Assembly (NCBI GenBank): GCA_977020255.1
Contig: CDROCS010000253.1
Location: 558,001-622,000, forward strand
DNA length: 64,000 bases
Origin: Obrimoposthia wandeli
Lineage: Eukaryota
Direction: 5' to 3'
The notes under the pieces are model-generated. The model did no database searches and was not told the DNA's origin. It saw only the letters and a list, made by a program, of their open reading frames with translations. Within the stretch, counting starts at the first letter, position 1, and every line of letters starts with the position of its first letter. This document shows, one piece after another, positions 30,893 through 40,581 of the stretch. Both the position numbers and the translations under genes were made by a program.

Positions 30893-31672
30893 TTATTTTC
30901 GCGTGTTTTTGGTGTATTTCACCCAGATGTAAAGTCCACTTATTGATAAGAGAATCAATAACAATGCGATAAAATCCATAAAGAACACGCCAATATCACC
31001 CAGAATACGACCACTATGACTATCAATAATTATGCGTTCTAGTGTTAAAAATTGAGCACGATAAGCCAGTTTAGCCTGTTGTATTTTATCGTCAGAAGCA
31101 AGCTCAGATTGCAGCCATTTGGGTGTGTTTATGGGTTGAATAACTTGCCAATCAAAAAAATCACTATCGGTTTGATAATAGCCATTTTCACTTTCAACTA
31201 TCACCTCGCCTTTATTTATACTCATCGCTTTTATCATTTCTGGTACACCTGACTCAGTACCAAGCATGTCAACTAACTCACCGTTAAAGTTGTATAATAA
31301 AATGCTTTGGCGAGTAGCAATAACAAAAACCTCTTGCTGATTATGTTTCAATAACAACTGGCCAACACTCACAATGATAGCATCACTTTCAAACAATAAA
31401 TGCCCTTTAAGCCAAACACTATTATTGGTAACTTGGATAGTCTGTTGTTGATAAAAGCGAATATCTTGAGGTGCGGCAATACCATAATGGTCAAGTAACC
31501 AAGCACTTTTAATCGGCTGATGCGCCAAGGATAAACCATCGGTATGGTTAAGAGCTACCCCGGTAACAGATAAAAAAACAATAAAAAATGCAGCAAAAAC
31601 ACCTAATTTACGATGCCACTTTCTGAAGGTGCGATTTAGGTGTTGGGAGAATGGTTTAACAGTTTTTTTCAT
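30893..31672 (-). CDS. PepSY-associated TM helix protein (short form)
   Basis: RKWHRKLG, SVTGVALNH, DSHSGR, SISGLYIW: conserved His-containing TM motifs of the PepSY_TM family. Confidence 0.82.
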   Translation of the reverse strand: MKKTVKPFSQHLNRTFRKWHRKLGVFAAFFIVFLSVTGVALNHTDGLSLAHQPIKSAWLLDHYGIAAPQDIRFYQQQTIQVTNNSVWLKGHLLFESDAIIVSVGQLLLKHNQQEVFVIATRQSILLYNFNGELVDMLGTESGVPEMIKAMSINKGEVIVESENGYYQTDSDFFDWQVIQPINTPKWLQSELASDDKIQQAKLAYRAQFLTLERIIIDSHSGRILGDIGVFFMDFIALLLILLSISGLYIWVKYTKNTRK

Positions 31673-31775
31673 AAATATGCAGCAACTAAATAAAGGCTTA
31701 TAAGCTTCTTAAGCTAGGGAATAAAAAATAAGTCGTTATTTTGCCTGAGCATGTTCGTTTTAGCTAGTATCTGTT

Positions 31776-32288
31776 TTAAAGAGTCACTTTACTATTTAAC
31801 CACAGAGCAAGTCTGGCAACTTTTGTAGTTGCTCTTACCGATAAAGTTGCGCCCGTAATACCATCAATATGTTGACTGAGCATTTTATCTTTTGTCAGTG
31901 TCGCACGCGTGAATTGTTCACTATAAAAATCATGACGAACTTCATCGCCACGGGTTTCTCTATAAGTAAGTACTTTAAGCTGCTTAATTGCACCTTTGTG
32001 GATGTGTACGGCAATAGTGATAGGCTTTTCTTTACCGACTTCATTTAAAACCCAGGCAGTATCATTATCTTTTTGCCAATAACGTACCCGCATACGATTG
32101 TATTTATGACTCAGTATTTCGGTAATAATTTTTTTATCTTCCGCACTTAACCACAGTACTTGCACTGCAGGTACTTGCTCAGAAAAAGCCCCTTTAAGGA
32201 ATTTTTCAGGTGTTTGATATACGCCTTTAGCCATAACATTCAGTGCTAAAATACAATACAAAAATACAAAAAATAAAAATTTTCTCAC
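31776..32288 (-). CDS. Exported FMN-binding domain protein (flavinylation substrate)
   Basis: IDGITGATLS [S/T]GA[S/T] flavinylation motif, YRETRGDEV. Probable GTG start at 32288 gives a clean signal peptide (ORF track starts at TTG 32336). Confidence 0.85.
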   Translation of the reverse strand: MRKFLFFVFLYCILALNVMAKGVYQTPEKFLKGAFSEQVPAVQVLWLSAEDKKIITEILSHKYNRMRVRYWQKDNDTAWVLNEVGKEKPITIAVHIHKGAIKQLKVLTYRETRGDEVRHDFYSEQFTRATLTKDKMLSQHIDGITGATLSVRATTKVARLALWLNSKVTL

Positions 32289-32367
32289 CGCTTTACTCTT
32301 AACTCTTAATAAATTAAAAAACTCAACACTGCGCAAAGCAGAGTTGAGCCAATATTATTTGTGTTAA

Positions 32368-33546
32368 CTAAAACTGATAACCAAAACCTACGTTAAAACC
32401 TTTTGAATCTTTAGCGCCACCTAAGTCTTCATAATCTGCTTTTAACACTACATTTTCATGTAAGAAATAGTTAACACCAACACTCGTTGATTCAACAGCT
32501 GTTGAATCACTATTACCTGCTTCGTTATCATATTCAGCGTAACGAGCAAATACTCCAATTTTTTCATTCAGTTTATATGAAGGCTCAAGATACCAACCAG
32601 TTTGCTCATCACGGCCTAATGATTGTGCTTCTGTACCATTAATATCCCAACGCGCATATAAAGCACGAACACTAAAATCATTGAGCTGATAAATAGCATG
32701 TGTTTCAAACAACGTCGCATCTGCTGTATCAACACCGGCAGCACCTTGTGTTATATCGCTTTGATATTGTAAGGTCGCAGCAAGCTCTAAGCCAGTTATT
32801 GCTGTGTATTTAACACGACTGGTAAAAGCTAAGTTTTCTGCATTCGCTTTTGATACTTTTTGACGTCCGCTACGAATGTTATATGCCTTACCACCGGTGG
32901 TATCAACTTCTAAACCACTGGTCGCAGCAACATCAATACTAACGCCACCTGCTGGTTTATAATTAAATGCGGCACCCGCTTCCCACCATGTTGCAGGGAT
33001 AATATTTTTCTCAACACCATTACGTTCAACACCGTAGAATGCTGGTGGCTCATGCGTTTCATTAATGATACCAACTGGGATTAAGAATAAACCAACTGTT
33101 GCTGTTGATTCAGCATTAATATCTACTTCAACATAGGCTTGCTCTAATTCTACTTCACCAGCTTTACCGTCGCCTGAAATGGAATGCTCTAATTCAAATT
33201 CTGAGAAAAAACGTACGCTATCTGAAAATTCATGCCCGAAAAATAAAACAAAACGATGGAAATCTATCTGAGCATCTTTATCTTCATAGTTGTTGTAATG
33301 CAACTCGCCGTAGCCACCAATCGTAGTATTAGCAAACATATTGCTAGCACTTTCAGTAACCACTTCAACTTGCTCAACGGTTGCTTCAAGTTTTTGTTCA
33401 GTTTCATCTAAACGCTTTTCTAGTGACTTAAGTACTTCTTGTTGTTGACTGATGACTTTTCGTAGTTCAGTAGTTTCTTCATTCGCTATAGCAGCATTAC
33501 TAGCAAACAATGCAGCAATAATCGAGGCAGTTAATGTTTTGTTCAT
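32368..33546 (-). CDS. Outer-membrane beta-barrel porin with an N-terminal coiled coil
   Basis: Signal peptide, heptad coiled coil, GGYGELHYNN, RFVLFFGHEF, ELEQAYVE, HEPPAFYGVER, alternating beta pattern, C-terminal GYQF. Confidence 0.85.
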   Translation of the reverse strand: MNKTLTASIIAALFASNAAIANEETTELRKVISQQQEVLKSLEKRLDETEQKLEATVEQVEVVTESASNMFANTTIGGYGELHYNNYEDKDAQIDFHRFVLFFGHEFSDSVRFFSEFELEHSISGDGKAGEVELEQAYVEVDINAESTATVGLFLIPVGIINETHEPPAFYGVERNGVEKNIIPATWWEAGAAFNYKPAGGVSIDVAATSGLEVDTTGGKAYNIRSGRQKVSKANAENLAFTSRVKYTAITGLELAATLQYQSDITQGAAGVDTADATLFETHAIYQLNDFSVRALYARWDINGTEAQSLGRDEQTGWYLEPSYKLNEKIGVFARYAEYDNEAGNSDSTAVESTSVGVNYFLHENVVLKADYEDLGGAKDSKGFNVGFGYQF

Positions 33547-33618
33547 GTTATTTATCCGGAATAGTTAATGTTTAATAGAGCGTATTATATTTATTTTTCG
33601 TTATTAAAGCACAAAACA

Positions 33619-33643
33619 AATAACAATCAATAGCATTTGCATT
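33619..33643 (-). promoter_or_regulatory. Candidate overlapping Fur boxes upstream of the porin operon
   Basis: AATGCTATTGATTGTTATT (14/19) and AATGCAAATGCTATTGATT (12/19) versus AATGATAATCATTATCATT, offset by 6 bp. A TATAAT lies on the minus strand at 33584-33589. The AT-rich background lowers specificity. Confidence 0.5.
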
Positions 33644-33712
33644 ATTTATTAGATTAAAAAGTTATTTATTGATTTAAGTCAGCTAAATCGTAGGTAAATA
33701 TGCTACTAAAAC

Positions 33713-33749
33713 AAAAAAACCTATTTCAGTTAAACTGAAATAGGTTTTT
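33713..33749 (-). terminator. Intrinsic terminator after mscS
   Basis: AAAAACCTATTTCAGT-TAA-ACTGAAATAGGTTTTT with a 7-U tail on the minus strand. Confidence 0.88.
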
Positions 33750-33767
33750 AAATAAGAGCGTAATTAA

Positions 33768-34595
33768 CTATTTTTGGTGAAAATATACATCACGTTGAGG
33801 GAAAGGAATACTGATACCTTCTTGGTCAAAAGCAAGTTTAACTTTTTCCATTAAATCAAAGTATACTCCCCAGTAATCTCCAGACTTAACCCAAGGACGC
33901 ACAAATAAGTTTACTGAACTTTCACCATGCTCACCAACCCAGATATCATTAGTTTCATCTTTAAGAATACGTTCGTCTGCGTCAATAAGTGATTTTAATA
34001 AAGCTTTTGCTTTACCAATATCATCGTCATAACCAATACCAAAAATCAAATCAACACGGCGAGTACCATTCACATTGATATTGGTTACACAACCATTTGA
34101 AAGCAAGGCATTTGGAATAATAATACGCTTATTATCAAAGGTTTTTAAAATAGTATTGAAAATTTGAATTTCTTCAACTGTACCAACATGCCCTTGTGCA
34201 TCAATAGCATCACCATTTTTAAATGGGCGAAATAATAAGATTAAAACACCGCCAGCAAAGTTAGCTAAACTGCCTTGCAGCGCTAAACCTATCGCTAAAC
34301 CAGCAGCACCTAAAATAGCAATAAATGAAGCTGTTTGAATACCAATCATTGAAGCAAAAACAATAATTTGTATCGCTTTAAGTAATGTACGCAGAATACT
34401 AATTAAAAACTGATGCAGAGTCGCTTCAACTTTCTTTTTTGTTAAGGCAAGTTGAACTAAACTAACCACTTTATTAATAATAAAATTACCGACGAAATAA
34501 ACAACTATTGCTAATAAACATTGAACGCCAAATTGCAGTCCCATCTCACCAAGCATTTGCATATAATGTTCTATTTTTTCTATATTGATTTCCAT
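33768..34595 (-). CDS. mscS: Small-conductance mechanosensitive channel
   Basis: GLAIGLALQGSLANFAGGVLILLFRPF..GD, IIIPN, RRVDL.FGIGY, ISIPFPQRDV. Confidence 0.95.
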   Translation of the reverse strand: MEINIEKIEHYMQMLGEMGLQFGVQCLLAIVVYFVGNFIINKVVSLVQLALTKKKVEATLHQFLISILRTLLKAIQIIVFASMIGIQTASFIAILGAAGLAIGLALQGSLANFAGGVLILLFRPFKNGDAIDAQGHVGTVEEIQIFNTILKTFDNKRIIIPNALLSNGCVTNINVNGTRRVDLIFGIGYDDDIGKAKALLKSLIDADERILKDETNDIWVGEHGESSVNLFVRPWVKSGDYWGVYFDLMEKVKLAFDQEGISIPFPQRDVYFHQK

Positions 34596-34770
34596 GAAAA
34601 TGATATCCTAAGCCATGTTAAATAATAGTTAACTTCGAGGTTAACCTTTAATTTACAATTGTAAGCTTTCTACAAAATGGTGTAAATTATATTCCGCTTT
34701 ATTTTCAGTCTTCAAGCTCACCTTTAACAACACATTAACTATTAAAAACTAACAAGGAACGTCCTTTATT

Positions 34771-37308
34771 ATGGCAACCCTGCTATCTTTTTTTACCCAC
34801 AAATTTTTTAAAATATTATTAGCTTTATACTTGGGCTTATTTTCGCTTATTTGGCTTATTTCCTCCCCCGTAGCTAAGCACTTTATCCAGCCTATTTTAG
34901 CTGAACACCAATTACAGCTTTCAGATGACGCCAGCATTCGATTTAATCCATTTTTAATGCGTCTCATCCTGAGTGACATAGGTTTATCTAGTACGAAAAG
35001 TAAGCAGCAGGAAACTGTGTTTGCCTTGCAAGAATTAAAACTACAAGTAACCTTATGGCAATTAGCCTTTGATAAAATTGTATTGAGTGAATTTTCACTT
35101 ACGCAAGGTACATTGAAAGTTACGCAGCATAATGATCGGTTAGTCATTGCTGGCATAACAATTCCTCCTGCAACGAAAGAGCAACAAGCTAACGACCCTG
35201 TAAAGGAAGAGTCTTTTAATGAGCCCGTAACAAACCTTCCTTATCAGCTAGTGTTACCTAATTTTCTGTTGAGCCAATTTCATATTGAAATAGAAATAGA
35301 CAAGCAACAACAAAATAAAATCCATCATGTAGAAATTGAGCAACTCACCTTAAGTCAAATAAAGGCAACTCAAACGAAGCAAGAGGGTAACTTATCATTA
35401 ACCACTTTAATCGATAAAACCCAGCTAGTACTTACCGCGAATACGCAATTAATATCAGGTAAAGGCGATATTCAAAGTAATGTACGTATAGATAATTATC
35501 CTATTGGAAAGTTAGCGCTCTATGTTGAAGAACTTACTGAATTAAAAGGCCTCCTCTCTTTTAATAGTCAGCAAACAATTACACTTACTGAGCAAGGTAT
35601 AAATTTTAGCGTGCAAAAAGCCAGCTTAACATTGCAAGATCTACTGTTAGCTTTGGCTGAGCAAAGTTTTACCCTCAAGACCTTCCAACATAATTTATCT
35701 GATGCTGCCATCAACTTACAAGATAACAAGATTGCTCACCTAGCAGGTAATAGCAGCATAACATTAACCGATGCCCTGCTCAGTCAAAATGAGAGTAAAG
35801 CGACCATTACCGCCTTTAAGCAACTTAGCCTCAATGACATCAACTTTGTTTTAGATGATGAACCCAGTATTGATATTGCCGAACTAGTAATGGATGATTT
35901 ACTTTTCTCTAAAAAAACAGCTTTAGCTGATGCTGTTGCCCAGAAAGCTATCAATAGAATTAATAAGCTTTCTGCTGAAGATGGACTTGATATCGCTGCA
36001 GCAGCAATTGTGAGTCTGCCGCCAGTAATGCAATTAAAGCAATTGACAGTAAATAACTTACATATCCACGAAAAAAGTATTCTCATCAATAGTATTATTT
36101 TTGACACCTTAATCGGTGAGATTATTATTAAGGAAAACAAGGATATTGCCAACTTAATTATTTTGGAGGACACATCAAACGAACAAAGCACTGCACAGCC
36201 GAGTCTCACTGAAGAAGTCATTGCAATTGAAACAGAACTAGAAGCTAAGGGAGCCGAGGCAAACCGCGATGGCTTTGTTTTCAGCTTCAAAGAACTTAGC
36301 TTTATTAATGATAATTCTTTCAATTTTACCGATTTCAGTGTTGACCCTATCTATCAGCGCACTTTATTTCTAGACACCTTAACTGTAGGTCCTTTAAGCA
36401 ATAGTAAAGATAAACAGCAAGACCAAACCCCTTATATGCTAGCTGGTCGTAGTAATAAGTACGCCAACTTTAACTTATCTGGCTATATACAACCTTTCTC
36501 AGAACTGGCGACTTATCATATTAAGGGCGATTTTAAAGAGTTTTCATTACCTGCTATTTCTTCTTATTTGAAAGCGTCTACTGGTATTGAAGTAAAAACA
36601 GGTCAACTCGATACCGCTTTAGAACTTACCCTAACTGGTGATGAACTTGAAGGGAATGTTGTCGTGTTGCTACAAGCACTAGAAACGGGCTTAGTTAATA
36701 GTGAAGAAGCAGGAAGCTTAATTGACCAAGGTGCATTACCATTAAATATGGCAATGGGCATGCTAAAAGATGGTGATGGTAATGTAGAGCTTGATGTCCC
36801 GTTAAGTGGCTCTATCTCAGATCCAAAATTTGGTGTAAGTAGTATTATTACCTTGATTACCAAAAAAGCCATTATGTCTGCGACACAAGATTACTTAATG
36901 ACTACCTTTGTCCCCTACGCCAACATAGTATCTATTGCAATAACGGCTGGCGAATTCGCCTTAAAGTTACGCTTTGATGATTTAGAATATCAAGTTAGAC
37001 AAATTGAGCCTGATGACCGTCAAAGTGCCTACTTAAAAGACTTCATTGCCTTAATGCAAGAAAAGCAAGATACCCGTATAACGATTTGTGCTATCAGCAC
37101 ACCAGCGGATATAGGTATTAAAGCAGGTGTTTCGGTAACAGACAAAACAGATATTAAACACTTACTCGACATTGGTGAACAACGTGAACATGCCTTTAAA
37201 GACCATTTAATTGAACAGGGTAAAATTGATTCATCCCGTATTTTGTTCTGTAAGCCTCAAATAGACAGCGACGAAGGAGCAATGCCACGTATTGCAATAT
37301 CAGTCTAA
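34771..37308 (+). CDS. DUF748 / AsmA-like large envelope protein
   Basis: N-terminal TM, RFNPF, repeated beta-rich segments, LKDGDGNVELDVPLSGSISDPKF motif typical of DUF748, degenerate OmpA-like tail. Family assignment is from memory. Confidence 0.7.
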   Translation: MATLLSFFTHKFFKILLALYLGLFSLIWLISSPVAKHFIQPILAEHQLQLSDDASIRFNPFLMRLILSDIGLSSTKSKQQETVFALQELKLQVTLWQLAFDKIVLSEFSLTQGTLKVTQHNDRLVIAGITIPPATKEQQANDPVKEESFNEPVTNLPYQLVLPNFLLSQFHIEIEIDKQQQNKIHHVEIEQLTLSQIKATQTKQEGNLSLTTLIDKTQLVLTANTQLISGKGDIQSNVRIDNYPIGKLALYVEELTELKGLLSFNSQQTITLTEQGINFSVQKASLTLQDLLLALAEQSFTLKTFQHNLSDAAINLQDNKIAHLAGNSSITLTDALLSQNESKATITAFKQLSLNDINFVLDDEPSIDIAELVMDDLLFSKKTALADAVAQKAINRINKLSAEDGLDIAAAAIVSLPPVMQLKQLTVNNLHIHEKSILINSIIFDTLIGEIIIKENKDIANLIILEDTSNEQSTAQPSLTEEVIAIETELEAKGAEANRDGFVFSFKELSFINDNSFNFTDFSVDPIYQRTLFLDTLTVGPLSNSKDKQQDQTPYMLAGRSNKYANFNLSGYIQPFSELATYHIKGDFKEFSLPAISSYLKASTGIEVKTGQLDTALELTLTGDELEGNVVVLLQALETGLVNSEEAGSLIDQGALPLNMAMGMLKDGDGNVELDVPLSGSISDPKFGVSSIITLITKKAIMSATQDYLMTTFVPYANIVSIAITAGEFALKLRFDDLEYQVRQIEPDDRQSAYLKDFIALMQEKQDTRITICAISTPADIGIKAGVSVTDKTDIKHLLDIGEQREHAFKDHLIEQGKIDSSRILFCKPQIDSDEGAMPRIAISV

Positions 37309-37408
37309 ATTATGGCTATCATTAATAGTTCAATGTAGTAATATCAGCTAACTAAGAGTAATTCAATTTAGTAATATCAATTAGTTAAAACATAAGGATA
37401 TTTGAGAA

Positions 37409-38257
37409 ATGAAAGGGTTTAGTAAGTTTTTTATAGCACTATTGTTGCCATTACTTTTAAATAGCCATGCTTCATTAGCAGCACAAGTAGCAACCACCAA
37501 CCAAGAAACAATAACAAACCAACACGGTAAATTAGTCTGGGCCGACCTTTACACTGGGGATGTTGAAGCTTCACTTAAGTTTTATCATGATACCTTTGGC
37601 TGGACAGTTAAAGCGTTTGCAGAAGAACAGGTAAAATATCATTTACTTTATGATGATGGTCAAGCCATTGCTGGCGTGCTTGCTCGTGATTCAAAACGTA
37701 ACAAAACAGATAATGCCTTATGGGTTGGTAGCATAGATATTGATAATGTATCGAGTAGAAGTGAACTCGCCGCTAAAAACAATGCCACTATCATCTTGGC
37801 ACCTCATGACTTTACTCTTTATGGTAAAAGATCGGTATTAGCCGATCCACAAGGCGGCGTTATTGCACTGCTTGAGTTAGACCTTACTAACAAGAACCAT
37901 AAAAAAATAAGCAATAAATGGGATTGGGCACAGTTATTTAGTACTAATACTAAACAAGCCGCTTTATTTTACCAAGACACTTTTGATTATATCTTAGAGC
38001 CAATTAACAGCAATAAAGATAGCTTCTTTTTAATTCGATCGGATAGGGTTCAAGCCAGCATTGTAAAGCTACCCGAATCATTTGAGCAAAGAGATCGTTG
38101 GGTCAACTTTATTGAAGTTAACAATCTCGACATTATATTGTCAAAAGCGACAACCAACGGCGCAACTATCATTTATCAACCGACAGGTAGAGACTTAGCC
38201 ATTATTGCTGATCCAAATGGCGCATTACTCGGTTTAACACAGCAGGAGAGTGAATAA
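37409..38257 (+). CDS. Exported tandem VOC (glyoxalase/bleomycin-resistance fold) protein
   Basis: Signal peptide; two VOC modules (GKLVWADL..FY..TFGW, DPQGGVIAL; WDWAQL, ADPNGALLGL). Confidence 0.82.
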   Translation: MKGFSKFFIALLLPLLLNSHASLAAQVATTNQETITNQHGKLVWADLYTGDVEASLKFYHDTFGWTVKAFAEEQVKYHLLYDDGQAIAGVLARDSKRNKTDNALWVGSIDIDNVSSRSELAAKNNATIILAPHDFTLYGKRSVLADPQGGVIALLELDLTNKNHKKISNKWDWAQLFSTNTKQAALFYQDTFDYILEPINSNKDSFFLIRSDRVQASIVKLPESFEQRDRWVNFIEVNNLDIILSKATTNGATIIYQPTGRDLAIIADPNGALLGLTQQESE

Positions 38258-38484
38258 TGAAACAACTTAAGATCTTATTACTTACCTCGACTGTTGTTAT
38301 TGTTACCTTATTATTAACCGCTTGTGAAAATACCCATGTAAGTGGCTCAATGAGCTATGGTATGGGATATGGTGCGGGTTATCCAATGTACTATGGCAAT
38401 GGTTATCATCGTCATACCAACATTGTCGTTGTTAAACCAGCTAGAAATAATCGCTCTCGACCTAGCAGAGTTAGGAGACGTTAA
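38257..38484 (+). CDS. Small Gly/Tyr-rich, Arg-tailed lipoprotein
   Basis: Lipobox LLTAC, GYGMGYGAGYPMYYGNGY, basic C-terminus. TAATG-coupled to the VOC gene. Confidence 0.72.
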   Translation: MKQLKILLLTSTVVIVTLLLTACENTHVSGSMSYGMGYGAGYPMYYGNGYHRHTNIVVVKPARNNRSRPSRVRRR

Positions 38485-38554
38485 TAATTACCGCAGGGGC
38501 CTTGTCTTTCGAGGTTATTTTATCTATCACTACCCTGATTGAAGAGAAACGTTT

Positions 38555-39283
38555 TTGAAAATAATGACTCGCCAAGATAATTTTATTTATCTCACCTTTG
38601 CTTTAATTTTATTATTACTTGGCACTTCATTAGCTCAGCAGTTTTTTGAAGATTCAGTGCAACGTTTAGTGCAATCGGCCACGATAGTTACACTCTTAGT
38701 CGCTGTTTGGGGTGTTGATTCAAAAGACTTTGTACTGCGAAAAACATTTATTTTCCCCATTGCTATTTTAGTGTTTTCTTTTTTTAGCGCTTGGCTTGAT
38801 GATGCTGGCTTTGACCAACTCTATTTATTACTGCTACTCAGTTTTTTTATCTCAAGCGCCTTACGTACAGCTAAACAGGTATTATTTACTGGTGATATTG
38901 ATGGTAATAAAATTTTAGGTGCTATTTGTTTGTATTTATTAATGGGACTAATTTGGGCGGTGTTATACACCTTAGTGCAACTGACCCTTCCTGGTTCATT
39001 TACTAACATCAGCAATAACAATGAATGGTTTACCTTGTTTCCCGATTTTATCTATTTTTCCTTTGTTACTATTACTACCTTAGGTTTTGGTGATATTTCA
39101 CCCATTTTACCTATTCCAAGATTTCTCGTTTATTTCGAAGCAATCGTTGGCCAGTTTTACTTAGCCATATTAGTTGCGAGTTTAGTGGGTTCACATATGA
39201 GTAATTTCGGCGCAAACAGTAATCCACCTAAGCAGAGTTTACTGAAAAATGATCCACCTAATCATGTTTCACCTAAAAAATAG
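38555..39283 (+). CDS. Potassium-channel family protein (Ion_trans_2 pore)
   Basis: YFSFVTITTLGFGDISP selectivity-filter motif, multiple TM segments, no RCK domain. Confidence 0.88.
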   Translation: MKIMTRQDNFIYLTFALILLLLGTSLAQQFFEDSVQRLVQSATIVTLLVAVWGVDSKDFVLRKTFIFPIAILVFSFFSAWLDDAGFDQLYLLLLLSFFISSALRTAKQVLFTGDIDGNKILGAICLYLLMGLIWAVLYTLVQLTLPGSFTNISNNNEWFTLFPDFIYFSFVTITTLGFGDISPILPIPRFLVYFEAIVGQFYLAILVASLVGSHMSNFGANSNPPKQSLLKNDPPNHVSPKK

Positions 39284-39351
39284 CACTACACAATACATCG
39301 AATAATAATCCAGCAAGTATAATAATAAGTAATTAACGTAAGGAAACTATC

Positions 39352-40464
39352 ATGAAAAACCGACAAGAGTTAACCAGTGATCAGGCATTTAACCGCCGGG
39401 TTATTGATATCGCCATTAAGCTTGCCGCCATGGCAATGATCATTCTATGGTGTTTTTCTATTATTAAGCCTTTTATATTAATTACCATTTGGGCTGCTAT
39501 TTTAGCCGTTGCTTTATATCCTTTGCACGAGAAGCTCACCGGGGTACTTAAAGGTAATAAAAAAATCGCCTCAACCATTGTTGCCCTTGTAGGCATATCA
39601 ATTATCGCTGTTCCATCCATTAACCTTTCTTCTTCTGCTATTGATTCTGCCCAATATGTCTACAACGGTCTTGAGGATGGCACCTTAAAAATTCCAGCCG
39701 CTGACGAAAGCATTAAGGAATGGCCACTAGTGGGTGAAAAACTGTTTAACCTTTGGCAAGATGCTTCACAAGATATCCAAAAAGTTGCCGGGCAATATCC
39801 TGACCAATTAAAATCACTTTCAAGCACATTATTATCCGCAGTAGCTGGTATTGGCGGCGGTATATTACAATTTATTGTTTCATTAATTATTGCAGTAGTG
39901 TTTATGGCAAAATCAGCTCCATTACATCAAGGTGTGAGTAAGTTAATGCGACGCTTGATGAATGACTTTGGCGATAGAACCATTAGTACCACTATTGCCA
40001 CTATTCGTAGTGTCGCTACTGGCGTACTTGGCGTTGCGGTAATTCAATCACTGATGTCGGGCGTTGGTTTAATGATTGCTGATATTCCTGGTGCTGGTAT
40101 CTGGGCAATTGCCGTACTTATTTTAGCTATCGCACAATTACCACCCATTCTAATTTTAGGCCCTATTGCGGCGTATTACTTCTCTGTGGCAGATACTACA
40201 CCAGCCATCGCCTTTTTAATTTTTAGTATTATTGTTAGTGCCAGTGACGCTTTCTTAAAACCACTGTTTTTAGGGCGCGGTATGAGTATTCCGATGTTAG
40301 TTATTTTACTCGGTGCTATTGGCGGTATGCTACTTTCAGGCATCATCGGATTATTTGTTGGCGCTGTAGTCTTAGCATTAGGTTATGAATTAATGATGGA
40401 TTGGTTAAGCCATACTCTAAAAGATGAAGAAGCAAATACTGAAGCTGAGCAAAGCGAATCTTAA
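39352..40464 (+). CDS. AI-2E family transporter
   Basis: PF...IWAAILAVALYP, FLKPLFLGRGMSIPMLVILLGAIGG...SGIIGLFVGAVVLA. Confidence 0.9.
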   Translation: MKNRQELTSDQAFNRRVIDIAIKLAAMAMIILWCFSIIKPFILITIWAAILAVALYPLHEKLTGVLKGNKKIASTIVALVGISIIAVPSINLSSSAIDSAQYVYNGLEDGTLKIPAADESIKEWPLVGEKLFNLWQDASQDIQKVAGQYPDQLKSLSSTLLSAVAGIGGGILQFIVSLIIAVVFMAKSAPLHQGVSKLMRRLMNDFGDRTISTTIATIRSVATGVLGVAVIQSLMSGVGLMIADIPGAGIWAIAVLILAIAQLPPILILGPIAAYYFSVADTTPAIAFLIFSIIVSASDAFLKPLFLGRGMSIPMLVILLGAIGGMLLSGIIGLFVGAVVLALGYELMMDWLSHTLKDEEANTEAEQSES

Positions 40465-40525
40465 ACATGATATCTCTAATAGCTTGCTCATAAGCTCACG
40501 TGATTAATCACGCGATCAGTTAAAT

Positions 40526-40562
40526 AAAAAACGGCATAACCAGTAATGGTTATGCCGTTTTT
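40526..40562. terminator. Bidirectional intrinsic terminator
   Basis: A6-CGGCATAACCA-GTAA-TGGTTATGCCG-T5 between convergent genes. Confidence 0.9.
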
Positions 40563-40581
40563 ATTTATTAATTTAAATAAG

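Noticed and set aside
40499-40512. Perfect 14-bp palindrome CGTGATTAATCACG
   Set aside because: It lies between convergent 3' ends, its spacing is wrong for CRP, and one such palindrome in 64 kb is not surprising.
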